Positions 39,001 through 47,190 of a stretch of DNA of 64,000 nt are shown in pieces. The position numbers and the translations under genes are program-made. The notes beneath the pieces are model-generated. The model was not told the DNA's origin. It saw only the letters and a list, made by a program, of their open reading frames with translations, and made no database searches. Source of the stretch: Alistipes sp. (GTDB taxonomy: Bacteria > Bacteroidota > Bacteroidia > Bacteroidales > Rikenellaceae); NCBI GenBank assembly GCA_017451685.1, contig JAFTNV010000028.1:8515-72514 (forward strand). Direction: 5' to 3'. Numbering within the stretch: the stretch's first letter is position 1; each line of letters starts with the position of its first letter.

Positions 39001-39358
39001 CAACGAGGTAGCCATCCTTAAATCCCGTGATGGCATTCAGCGCTGCCGTCCTACGCACCACGCCCTGAGCATCCTCCGCGCCGTAGGCCACGGAGCGCTT
39101 ATATCCCGACGAGAAGAAGGCCACGCGCTCCTCGTCGAGCAGCTCGTAGAGGTCGTTCACAAGGTATGCCGCGCGATCCCTATCCTCCGCAACGAAGATA
39201 TGGATGCCGCCCACCTTCTCCACCACGGTGGCAGCATAAAGCGAATAGGCCCCACCGACCATCTGCTCAAGATGGACGGTAGAGCCCTCATTTCCCAAAC
39301 ATTTTGTTAGCTCGGCCGCATGTTTGGACTTACGGACGAGACTCTTCAAATAGTCCAT
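36005..39358 (-). CDS. mfd: Transcription-repair coupling factor
   Basis: UvrB-like RGGIVDVF, CarD/RID GDYVVHIDHGVG, GDVGFGKTEVA, DEEQKFG, TATPIPRT, QLRGRVGR, TRCF C-terminus. Start set at MDYLK. Confidence 0.97.
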   Translation of the reverse strand: MDYLKSLVRKSKHAAELTKCLGNEGSTVHLEQMVGGAYSLYAATVVEKVGGIHIFVAEDRDRAAYLVNDLYELLDEERVAFFSSGYKRSVAYGAEDAQGVVRRTAALNAITGFKDGYLVVCTYPEALAESVAARVDLEGQSLHIKVGDSLKQTVLVEWLAEHGFERVDFVYEPGQYSVRGGIVDVFSYVESRPYRVDFFGDEVDSLRRFDISSQLSAERPDEVDIIPNTMRDTEDNERVSLARFTGRATWWVDDGDYALRKVADVRKRLLEQAESEDDARALTRRVTSRQALLQDWEGSTLLVQKNNIRERQALVTLSFNTSPQPAFNRNFEMLADDVRWNAERGYVTSILSHNKAQIERLENIFHQMGRRGVTFRAADLVLHEGFIDNDLKICVYTDHQIFDRYQRYRLRGEIKRDEQMTVAELNALKVGDYVVHIDHGVGRFGGLVRLNENGRTKEAIKLIYKDNDILFVNVHALHRISRYKSGEGEPPKIYKLGNGAWQKLKATTKRAVKDISRELIALYAKRKASKGYAFSADGYLQQELEASFKWEDTPDQQKAIAAVKHDMESNEPMDRLVCGDVGFGKTEVAIRAAFKAAVDGKQTAVLVPTTILALQHYRSFTDRLRDLPVTVEYLNRTKSAKEARRIAEELKSGKIDILIGTHKMLSKQIEFHDLGLLVVDEEQKFGVAAKEKLTQLSVAVDTLTLTATPIPRTLQFSLMGSRDLSVISTPPPNRQPIVTESHLFSEDVIRDAIEEELARGGQVYFVHNRVEDLPVLQGMITRLCPKARVMTGHGRMPAEQLEKLIMDFIYGEFDVLVATTIIENGIDIGNANTIIINDAHRFGLSDLHQLRGRVGRSDRKGFCYLLSPPEELIGGDARRRLRAIEEFSDLGSGFNIAMQDLDIRGAGNLLGAEQSGFIADVGIETYQKILNQAISELRAEGLDVSGLTEAENEAMKDISFVDDATIDIDTDASIPDSYVRSQAEKLRLYREIDAMRTDVEFDALRLRLVDRFGAMPEPVEELINVVKLRREAVDLGMEHVKVKNGLMIVRFVGDNNSPFFKTDTFLNMLRMVVADPERFVVKQYNNRLSMTVRKIYSVAEGVAMLRRLKAAAESKTE

Positions 39359-39368
39359 ATCGCTTCGA

Positions 39369-40916
39369 TTACTCCGCAAGAAGCGACTCCCCCTTTTTGT
39401 CGAGGTAGCTTACATCTATCATACCGACACTAACATCGGTAGTTATCTTGATGCGTAGCTTGTACTTAAAAATCCAACGCATTCTGAGCGAGATGAGACC
39501 CTTCAACAGATAGGCGCGAACATAGGGGCTAACCCTCAGGTTGACATAGCGGCAACCCTTCTCGCGGAGCATCTGTATCTGATCCTCAATTCTCTTTTCG
39601 AGCAGCATCGTAGGGCCAACCTTGCCCGTGCCGTGACACGTGGGACACACGTCCGACGTCTCGTTGATGGCAATGGGCCTTACCCTCTGGCGCGTAATCT
39701 GCATGAGGCCGAACTTCGTGATGGGCAGAATCGTATGCTTGGCCTTATCCGTGGCCATGAACTTCTGCATCTCGGTATACAACGTCTGACGACTCTGCGC
39801 CTTGCGCATATCTATAAAGTCGACGATGACAATACCGCCCATATCCCTCAGTCGCAGCTGTCGCGCTATCTCTGCCGCAGCAGCGAGGTTTACCTCCAAA
39901 GCCGTCTGCTCCTGGTCGTCGGCAGCCTTCGTGCGGTTTCCGGAGTTGACGTCGATGACGTGCATGGCCTCCGTATGCTCGATGATAAGGTAGGCACCAC
40001 GACGTAACGATACGTATTTTGCAAATAACGACTTTATCTGTTTCGCGACATCGAAGTTATCGAAGATGGGCACCTTGCCCTTGTAGAGCTTCACCAAGTG
40101 CTCCATGTCGGGCTTTATGGCGTGTACGTAGCTCTTAATCTCGTTGTACATAGCCTCGTCGTCGACCGATATCTGTGAGAACGTGTCGTTCAACGAGTCG
40201 CGAATAATTGTGTTCACACGGCTCATCTCGCTCATCAGGCGAGCCGGAGCCTCGCTCTTGCGCATGGCGCCGAGAGCTCTGTTCCATCTCTCAACAAGAG
40301 AGAGTATGTCTTGCATAATGTCGATGTCCTCGGCCTCGGCAGCTGCCGTGCGTATGATGACACCGAAGTTTTGTGGCAGCACCTCCAGCGCTACCTTTCT
40401 AAGTCGTTTCTTTGCAGCATTTGAGCGTATCTTCGTCGACACGTAGACCTTATTCGTAAATGGCACGAGCACCACATTGCGTCCCGCCAACGATATGTCG
40501 GCCGTGAGCCTCGGGCCCTTCGTGGAGATCGCCTCCTTGGCAATCTGCACCATCACTGTCTGTCCCACCTGCAGGTGGTCGCCAATGCGTCCCTCCTTGG
40601 CCAAATGTGGCTCGAGCTTCATACCCTCAACCTTCACCGTGCGCTTTCCCGGCACACGACTCTCGACAACACGTGAGAGCGAGGCGAAGTTCTCGCCAAG
40701 GTCGAGATAGTGGATGAAGGCATCCTTCTCGTGACCTATGTTTACGAATGCTGCGTTCAACCCGGGCATAATCTTACGCACGCGACCAAGGTATATGTCG
40801 CCTACGGCAAAGCCCGTATCACACTGCTCTTTGTTTAACTCGACAAGCACCTTGTCCTCGCATAGTGCTATCGAGACCTCCGTTGGATTTACATTGATAA
40901 TCAGTTCTCTATTCAT
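39369..40916 (-). CDS. rng: Ribonuclease E/G family
   Basis: S1 domain GDIYLGRV..AAFVNIG, KGPRLT, IDVNSG, RLRDMGGIVIVDFIDM, CPTC.G.G. Start set at MNRELI. Confidence 0.93.
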   Translation of the reverse strand: MNRELIINVNPTEVSIALCEDKVLVELNKEQCDTGFAVGDIYLGRVRKIMPGLNAAFVNIGHEKDAFIHYLDLGENFASLSRVVESRVPGKRTVKVEGMKLEPHLAKEGRIGDHLQVGQTVMVQIAKEAISTKGPRLTADISLAGRNVVLVPFTNKVYVSTKIRSNAAKKRLRKVALEVLPQNFGVIIRTAAAEAEDIDIMQDILSLVERWNRALGAMRKSEAPARLMSEMSRVNTIIRDSLNDTFSQISVDDEAMYNEIKSYVHAIKPDMEHLVKLYKGKVPIFDNFDVAKQIKSLFAKYVSLRRGAYLIIEHTEAMHVIDVNSGNRTKAADDQEQTALEVNLAAAAEIARQLRLRDMGGIVIVDFIDMRKAQSRQTLYTEMQKFMATDKAKHTILPITKFGLMQITRQRVRPIAINETSDVCPTCHGTGKVGPTMLLEKRIEDQIQMLREKGCRYVNLRVSPYVRAYLLKGLISLRMRWIFKYKLRIKITTDVSVGMIDVSYLDKKGESLLAE

Positions 40917-41043
40917 ATCCGTGAACAATGTAAATCGGTTTAGTTTACGCTGCGACACGTATCCGTGCCACAGCCTCATTTGAAAATAGACAAAGCTAAG
41001 AGTATACACCCTTAGCCCTATCTATTGTGCAATAAGACGAATA

Positions 41044-41133
41044 TTACTTCTTCTTATGACGATTCTTGCGAAGACGCTTCTTACGCTTGTGCGTAGCCAT
41101 CTTATGACGCTTGTGCTTCTTTCCGTTTGGCAT
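41044..41133 (-). CDS. Small basic ribosomal protein bS22 (AURKAIP1/COX24/mS38-like), 29 aa
   Basis: Translates to MPNGKKHKRHKMATHKRKKRLRKNRHKKK. Lies between HU and rng and is below the ORF-track cutoff. Confidence 0.88.
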   Translation of the reverse strand: MPNGKKHKRHKMATHKRKKRLRKNRHKKK

Positions 41134-41161
41134 AACTTATAATTATTAAAAGGTTTGTTGC

Positions 41162-41434
41162 TTACTTAACCTCGCTTGCGAAGCTCTTTGCGGGCTTGAA
41201 TGCGGGGATGTTGTGCTCGGGGATAGTGATAGTAGTGTTCTTCGAGATGTTACGAGCAACCTTCATAGCGCGCTTCTTGATGATGAAGCTACCGAAACCG
41301 CGGAGGTAAACATTCTCACCATTAATCATAGCACCCTTAACGCTCTCCATGAACGCCTCAACGATAGCCTGAACCTGAATCTTCTCTACACCGGTTGACT
41401 TCGCAATCTCGTTTACGATATCTGCCTTTGTCAT
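41162..41434 (-). CDS. hup: HU/IHF family DNA-binding protein
   Basis: MTKADIV, VYLRGFGSF, ARNI, PAFKP. Confidence 0.93.
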   Translation of the reverse strand: MTKADIVNEIAKSTGVEKIQVQAIVEAFMESVKGAMINGENVYLRGFGSFIIKKRAMKVARNISKNTTITIPEHNIPAFKPAKSFASEVK

Positions 41435-41523
41435 AGCTGTAATGTAATTTATTTAGTTTTTTTATTGTAACAAAAGTTCTCCAATCTTTGCCCTAAAGGG
41501 GGCCTTGTAGCAAAAAATGTCCG

Positions 41524-41531
41524 CAAATATA
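41524..41531 (-). promoter_or_regulatory. -7 promoter element (TATATTTG) for HU-bS22-rng
   Basis: TAnnTTTG match with TTTG 20 nt upstream. Confidence 0.65.
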
Positions 41532-41630
41532 CGGCAACTTTAATGAATTTGCAAACAAAATGCGAAATAAAATCTTTTTTTTATCCGCGCAACATGTTGT
41601 AAAGCAAAGAATACGCCCTATCGACCAAGA

Positions 41631-42041
41631 TTATCGAAAGCTATTAAGAGCATTGGCAAGGCCCTCGACAGCCTGGTCAAGACCCGACTGAATCTTGCCG
41701 CCAATCATCATGCGCATCATCATGTTAAGCTCAGCGTGGAGCACCATCCTGATGCGCGTGTCGCGCTCGGCAACCTCCTTGAGCTGAATCCAGAAGTTGA
41801 AGTCGATAGGTATACCACCACTGTCGGCAACAATCTTAACATGCTTATTCTCAACACGCTCGGCAATGCGCAGCGCCACCTTCATGCCCTTAACCTTAAA
41901 CGAGCAGCTGTCGGGCGTGGCCTCCCACTCCTCGACCTTATCCTGCATTGCGGGCGACATCAAGTCCATGCGCGAGATTATCGGGAAGATAAGCGCCGCG
42001 GGGTGGTTTATCTGTTGTTGTTTCGATTCGTACTTTTCCAT
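41631..42041 (-). CDS. SRPBCC/START-like family protein
   Basis: YESK N-terminus, DSCSF, FWIQLKEV...DT, AELN.M..MM typical of Bacteroidales SRPBCC proteins. TATCTTTG at 42062-42069. Confidence 0.75.
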   Translation of the reverse strand: MEKYESKQQQINHPAALIFPIISRMDLMSPAMQDKVEEWEATPDSCSFKVKGMKVALRIAERVENKHVKIVADSGGIPIDFNFWIQLKEVAERDTRIRMVLHAELNMMMRMMIGGKIQSGLDQAVEGLANALNSFR

Positions 42042-42077
42042 CGTAATTTGATTTTGACCCGCAAAGATAGTGCTTAT

Positions 42078-42494
42078 TTAGCGAATTACAAAACGACGCT
42101 CCGTGTCGCCCATAATCTCTATTTTGACAACCATCGTATCCTCCGGCAACAGGGGTTCAATCTTCTCAGGCCACTCCACAAGGCACAACTCGCCCGACGA
42201 GAGATACTCCTCCGAGCCAAAGTCCAGAGCCTCCTCCACGCGCTCGATGCGGTACATGTCGAAGTGGTATATCGTTCGGTCACGACCCTCATACTGGTTT
42301 ACGATGGCAAACGTGGGGCTTGTCACCGAGTCCTCGGCACCGAGGTATGCCGCAATGCGGCTTATGAGTGTGGTCTTACCCGCACCCATAGGTGCATCAA
42401 ACGCCACGACCGTGCGCCCATCTAACGCCTCGACAACAGCCTCGGCAACCCTGTCGAGTTCTTCTATCGAATCTATCTCTATTACTCTTTCCAT
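42078..42494 (-). CDS. tsaE: tRNA threonylcarbamoyladenosine biosynthesis ATPase
   Basis: MGAGKTT, VTSPTF, YHFDMYR, VEWPE. Confidence 0.96.
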   Translation of the reverse strand: MERVIEIDSIEELDRVAEAVVEALDGRTVVAFDAPMGAGKTTLISRIAAYLGAEDSVTSPTFAIVNQYEGRDRTIYHFDMYRIERVEEALDFGSEEYLSSGELCLVEWPEKIEPLLPEDTMVVKIEIMGDTERRFVIR

Positions 42495-42563
42495 ATAGGA
42501 TATTTATATATCGGTCTATAATTTATATTAATAATTAAAAATTACTCATTACTAATTGTTTAC

Positions 42564-44129
42564 TCATCTGTTTTTGGGTTCGAGTACCACGTAGGGCACA
42601 ATCATCTCCTCCATAGATATACCGCCATGCTGGAAGGTATTCTTATAGTAGCGTATATATTTGTTGGCGTCGTTGTTATATACGAGGAAGTCGCGGTTGT
42701 AGGCAAATATATAGCTCGACGTTAGGCGTCCAGCGGGGAGCTGCACATCCTCGGGGCGCGTAACCTCGTATACCTCGCGGGCATTATAGGCGAGGTTGCG
42801 CCCCGTCTTATAACGCAGGTTTGCCGAGGTCTCCTTGTCGCCCGTGACACGCACGGGGTTATCCACACGTATGGTGCCGTGATCGGAGGTGACAATAACC
42901 CTATGTCCGCGCTCCGAGAGGAGCTTGAAGAGCGTATACAGCTCCGAGTGCTCGAACCATGAGCGTGTGAGCGAGCGGAACGATGCCTCGTCGTCCGTGA
43001 GGTCGCGGATGATGTCGGTCTCGGTACGTGCATGCGAGAGGATGTCGAGGAAGTTGTAGACGATGACCGAGAAGTCGGCATCGTAGACATGCTGCATGTT
43101 ATCCAAGAGTCGTCGTCCCGCCTCGGGGCGCACGAGTTTATCGAACGACAGCTTATACTTTCGTCCTGTCTGTGCTATGAGCCTACGCAGGAACTCCTCC
43201 TCGTACATATTCTTACCCCCATCCTCGTTGTCGTTGAGCCACTTCTCGGGCATGAGTTTGTCGATAGCCAGAGGCATAAGACCCGCAAAGAGAGCATTGC
43301 GCGCATACTGTGTCGCCGTGGGCAGGATGGCGCAGTAGAGGTCGTCGGTGGCTATATCGTATATGCCGCGTAGCAGGGGCTCTATCGTGCGCCACTGGTC
43401 GTAGCGCATGTTGTCGATAAGTATCAATGTAGTTTTTGACCCCTTGTCCACCTCCTCGAAGATGCGGTGGCGCATGAGCGTGTGCGACATCGTGGGTATG
43501 TCCTCCTCGCGGGCACGACGATTTATCCAGTCGTAGTAGTTGCGGCGCACGAATTTCGAAAACTCCTGGTTGGCCTCATTCTTCTGGTACGTAAGCACCT
43601 CGCGTATGCTCCTATCCAACGAGCCCGCGAGCTCTATCTCCCAGCCCACAATCTTACGATAGAGGGCACACCACTCCGCAAATGTCGATGCCGACTGCTG
43701 CTGTGCCGCTATGCGCCCAAACTCCGAGCGGTAGTCGGCCGTCGTCTGCTCCGTGACAAGCTGCTCGGAGTGCAGATTCTTCTTTATCGACAAGAGCACC
43801 TGATTGGGGTTTACGGGCTTGATGATATAGTCGGCAATCTTCGAGCCTATAGCCTTATCCATGATGTTCTCCTCCTCGCTCTTCGTAACCATAATCACCG
43901 GCAGCGAGGGTCGCACCGCCTTAATCAGAGGCAGTGTCTCGAGGCCCGTCATGCCGGGCATCATCTCGTCGAGGATAACAAGGTCGTAGCCCGTTGCTGT
44001 GACCATATCCACGGCATCGTAGCCATTGTTACACGTCTCCACCTCGTAGCCCTTGGCCTTGAGAAACATGACATGCGGCTTCAAGAGCTCAATCTCATCG
44101 TCTACCCAAAGTATCTTATTCATATTCAT
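42564..44129 (-). CDS. porX: PorX-type response regulator (REC + PglZ/alkaline-phosphatase domain)
   Basis: ILWVDDEI, LDEMMPG, LPTATQYARN, TSDHG, FQHGGIS. Upstream of tsaE. Confidence 0.92.
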   Translation of the reverse strand: MNMNKILWVDDEIELLKPHVMFLKAKGYEVETCNNGYDAVDMVTATGYDLVILDEMMPGMTGLETLPLIKAVRPSLPVIMVTKSEEENIMDKAIGSKIADYIIKPVNPNQVLLSIKKNLHSEQLVTEQTTADYRSEFGRIAAQQQSASTFAEWCALYRKIVGWEIELAGSLDRSIREVLTYQKNEANQEFSKFVRRNYYDWINRRAREEDIPTMSHTLMRHRIFEEVDKGSKTTLILIDNMRYDQWRTIEPLLRGIYDIATDDLYCAILPTATQYARNALFAGLMPLAIDKLMPEKWLNDNEDGGKNMYEEEFLRRLIAQTGRKYKLSFDKLVRPEAGRRLLDNMQHVYDADFSVIVYNFLDILSHARTETDIIRDLTDDEASFRSLTRSWFEHSELYTLFKLLSERGHRVIVTSDHGTIRVDNPVRVTGDKETSANLRYKTGRNLAYNAREVYEVTRPEDVQLPAGRLTSSYIFAYNRDFLVYNNDANKYIRYYKNTFQHGGISMEEMIVPYVVLEPKNR

Positions 44130-44752
44130 AGTCTGTTGGTTTTATCATCCAACGCAGCAACTACCATTTTAATTGTTTCGTATGTCTGATTACGCCACGC
44201 GGCATCGCCCGCTGTTGTCATCCACGCCACGCAGGTGATGCCCTCCTCTGCTTGCGCCATGGGCTCGCCACCCGCGTAACGCATCCTCCACCAGCGTGTG
44301 CGCTTAAGCTCCCAGCGACCATAGGTATCGTAGGCATGCCATGTCGTTGCAAGAGGCTCACTATCACATAACTCGGCCACGATGCCCGTCTCCTCACGCA
44401 CCTCACGCAGTGCTGCCTCGCTGTCACTCTCTCCCGCCTCGATGTGCCCCTTCGGGAGATCCCAGCGGTCGCGTAGGCGTATCATGAGCATCGCGCCATC
44501 ATCGCGCACGACGACACCTCCGGCAGCCTCCACAACCTCGAACTCCTCCGCAAGAAGGGCGAATGTCTGCGCAGGGTTGGGGGTAATTATAGTCAGGAAT
44601 TTGTCTGTTTCAACTTTTTTTAGTAATTTCGCTCGCGAAATTGACACGTGACCATCCACCGTGAGTGTGGCGCACTCCGTGGTGGGCGGCAGCGTTGCAA
44701 TTACTACCTTCGCCCCGCCAATATGGATGGTATATGTGTGATTATCCTGCAT
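44126..44752 (-). CDS. NUDIX hydrolase
   Basis: AAGGVV, WDLPKG, Nudix box GHIEAGESDSEAALREVREETGI. Confidence 0.92.
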   Translation of the reverse strand: MQDNHTYTIHIGGAKVVIATLPPTTECATLTVDGHVSISRAKLLKKVETDKFLTIITPNPAQTFALLAEEFEVVEAAGGVVVRDDGAMLMIRLRDRWDLPKGHIEAGESDSEAALREVREETGIVAELCDSEPLATTWHAYDTYGRWELKRTRWWRMRYAGGEPMAQAEEGITCVAWMTTAGDAAWRNQTYETIKMVVAALDDKTNRL

Positions 44753-44860
44753 TACGATGGCAAAGGTACGAAAAAGATTTAAGATGCCACCACTTGAGGC
44801 AAACTAATCTGCAACACCAAGCTGTAGAAGAACCATCGTTACGATGGCAAAGGTACGAAA
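44752..44860 (-). promoter_or_regulatory. 22-bp direct repeat (44752-44773, 44839-44860), each containing a TACCTTTG -7 element
   Basis: ttacgatggcaaaggtacgaaa occurs twice, 87 bp apart. Confidence 0.8.
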
Positions 44861-44905
44861 TTTTTATTTTAGTAGGAACAAACTAAAAACTACAACACAA
44901 TATTT

Positions 44906-47020
44906 ATGAAAAAATTACTCTTTATTATGACATTCGCTTCGTGCCTCACGCTCACGAGCTGTGGCAACAACGAGCAGGCGCTACCCGAGCCTCTCGCAAT
45001 AGACAACGCCCTCACCGATGCTGAGAAGGCTGCGGGCATCCTCACTCCCGAGGTTATGTGGAAGATGTCGCGCATAGGTCAGCAGACACTATCGCCCGAC
45101 GGCAGCAAGCTCATCTACACGCTCACGCAGTACAACCTCGCGGAGAATCGTGGCATCACACTCCTATGGCTCCGCGACATGGCTACCGGCCAGGAGCGCC
45201 AGCTTACCGACTACAACTCTACAAACACCGCACCGCAGTGGCTCGACAACGATAACGTAGCCTTCCTCTCGAACCGCACGGGTCAGATGCAGGCATGGAG
45301 CTTAAACATCAACGAGGATGAGGCTCGTCAGCTAACCTTCATCGAGGGTGGCATCGAGGGCTTCGGCATCGCCGGCGACCACGCCTTCTACGTTCAGCGC
45401 GTGGCTGTTGCCAAGCTCAAGGGCTCGAACAAGTATGAGGATATGGATAAGTCGAAGGTGCGCATATATGACGACCTTATGGCTCGCCACTGGGACTACT
45501 GGGATGACGGCTCATACCTCCACATCTTCGCTGCCGACTATAAGGATGGCAAGATTGCCGAGGGCGTAGACATCATCGGCGCCGACAAGGCCTACGATGC
45601 TCCGCTTGCCCCCTACTTCGACACTGCCGAGATACGCCTCTCGCCCGACGGCACGCAGCTGGCATACACCTGTAAGCCGCTGACAGGCACGGAGTATGCC
45701 CTCTCTACCGACTCTGACATCTTCCTCTACGACTTCGCCACCCAACAGACGCGCAACCTCTCGAAGGAGGCTGCTGCCAAGGGCTACGACAAGTTCGTGG
45801 GCTACGACAAGTACCCCGTATTCTCGCCAGACGGCACGAAGATAGCCTTCCGCTCGCAGCGTCGCCCGGGTAACGAGGCCGACCAGCAGCGCCTATGGGT
45901 CTTCGACCTCAAGACCAACGAGTGCAGCTACATCACCAAGAACCACGACATCTGCGCCACGGAGGTGGTGTGGGATGGCAACGAGGCTATGTACTTCGTT
46001 CTCCCCTGGCGTGGCACACATCAGGTAGCACACATCGACCTCGAGGGTAACCTCAAGCACATCACTGCGGGTAACCACGATATAAACGCCTTCACCATGG
46101 CCGAGGGTAAGATTGTCGCCAACATGAACACTATATCTAAGGCCGTGGAGCTCTACGACGTTAACCTCGAGAGTGGTGCTCTCACGCAGCTTACGGACGT
46201 AAATCGCGAGATTTACGACAACATCAAGTTCGGCGATGTCCAGGAGCGTTGGATAACGACTACCGACGGCAAGAAGATGCTCACATGGGTAATCCTCCCG
46301 CCCGACTTCGACCCCACGAAGAAGTACCCCACGTTGCTCTACTGCCAGGGAGGCCCCCAGAGCACCGTATCGCAGTTCTGGAGCTACCGTTGGAACTTCC
46401 AGCTTATGGCTGCTCAGGGCTATGTTATCGTGGCGCCTAACCGACGTGGCTGCCCCTCATTCGGTCAGGAGTGGACCGACCAAATCTCGGGCGACTACTC
46501 GGGACAGAACATACGCGACTACCTCGCAGCCATCGACGAGGTATCGAAGGAGCCATGGGTAGACACCGACCATCGCGGTTGCGTAGGTGCCTCGTATGGC
46601 GGCTACTCGACATACTACCTCGCAGGCGTTCACGAGGGTCGCTTCAAGGCCTTCATCGCCCACTGCGGCATCTTCAACTTCGAGTCGATGTATGGCCACA
46701 CCGAGGAGCTCTTCTTCGTCACCAACGACTATGGTGGCGCATACTGGGAGAAGGATAATGCTGTAGCACAGCGCTCGTATGCCAACTCTCCGCATAAGAA
46801 GGTGGGCAACTGGGATACGCCCATCATGATCATCACTGGCGAGAAGGACTACCGCATACCCTACAGCCAGTCGCTCGAGGCCTTCACCGCAGCACGTGTG
46901 CAGGGCATCGACGCCCGCCTTGTGTCGTTCGAGAACGAGGCACACCAGGTATTCCAGCCCCAGAACAACGTGGTATGGAACCGCGAGTTCTTCAGCTGGT
47001 TAGATAAGTATCTGAAGTAG
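44906..47020 (+). CDS. S9 family peptidase (DPP5-like), lipoprotein
   Basis: Lipobox LTS-C, SPDG propeller repeats, YCQGGP, GASYGG nucleophile, D and H of the triad (EKDYR, NEAH). Confidence 0.93.
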   Translation: MKKLLFIMTFASCLTLTSCGNNEQALPEPLAIDNALTDAEKAAGILTPEVMWKMSRIGQQTLSPDGSKLIYTLTQYNLAENRGITLLWLRDMATGQERQLTDYNSTNTAPQWLDNDNVAFLSNRTGQMQAWSLNINEDEARQLTFIEGGIEGFGIAGDHAFYVQRVAVAKLKGSNKYEDMDKSKVRIYDDLMARHWDYWDDGSYLHIFAADYKDGKIAEGVDIIGADKAYDAPLAPYFDTAEIRLSPDGTQLAYTCKPLTGTEYALSTDSDIFLYDFATQQTRNLSKEAAAKGYDKFVGYDKYPVFSPDGTKIAFRSQRRPGNEADQQRLWVFDLKTNECSYITKNHDICATEVVWDGNEAMYFVLPWRGTHQVAHIDLEGNLKHITAGNHDINAFTMAEGKIVANMNTISKAVELYDVNLESGALTQLTDVNREIYDNIKFGDVQERWITTTDGKKMLTWVILPPDFDPTKKYPTLLYCQGGPQSTVSQFWSYRWNFQLMAAQGYVIVAPNRRGCPSFGQEWTDQISGDYSGQNIRDYLAAIDEVSKEPWVDTDHRGCVGASYGGYSTYYLAGVHEGRFKAFIAHCGIFNFESMYGHTEELFFVTNDYGGAYWEKDNAVAQRSYANSPHKKVGNWDTPIMIITGEKDYRIPYSQSLEAFTAARVQGIDARLVSFENEAHQVFQPQNNVVWNREFFSWLDKYLK

Positions 47021-47052
47021 CAATAACCGACTTTGGATTAGGATTTTAGAGC

Positions 47053-47114
47053 ATTTAGGGAGTCTAAGGATATGGTTTCGGCGTATGTTGCCAACCTCCT
47101 TAGACTCCCTAAAT
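47053..47114. repeat. 18-bp perfect inverted repeat built from degenerate 9-mers, probable terminator
   Basis: atttagggagtctaagga / tccttagactccctaaat. Confidence 0.75.
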
Positions 47115-47190
47115 TCTTTAATTTCCATATCTCACCGTTAGTATTTGCAAAAAAATTGCTATCTTTGTGCGATTATATATATAAGTTATT

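Noticed and set aside
41435-41630. Possible tRNA or ncRNA in the HU upstream region
   Set aside because: No cloverleaf or T-loop motif is visible. The region is explained by a promoter and an AT-rich leader.
42526-42563. Degenerate heptamer run (aattact/cattact/aattgtt) between porX and tsaE
   Set aside because: It is short, AT-rich and low in complexity, so there is not enough to call a functional repeat.
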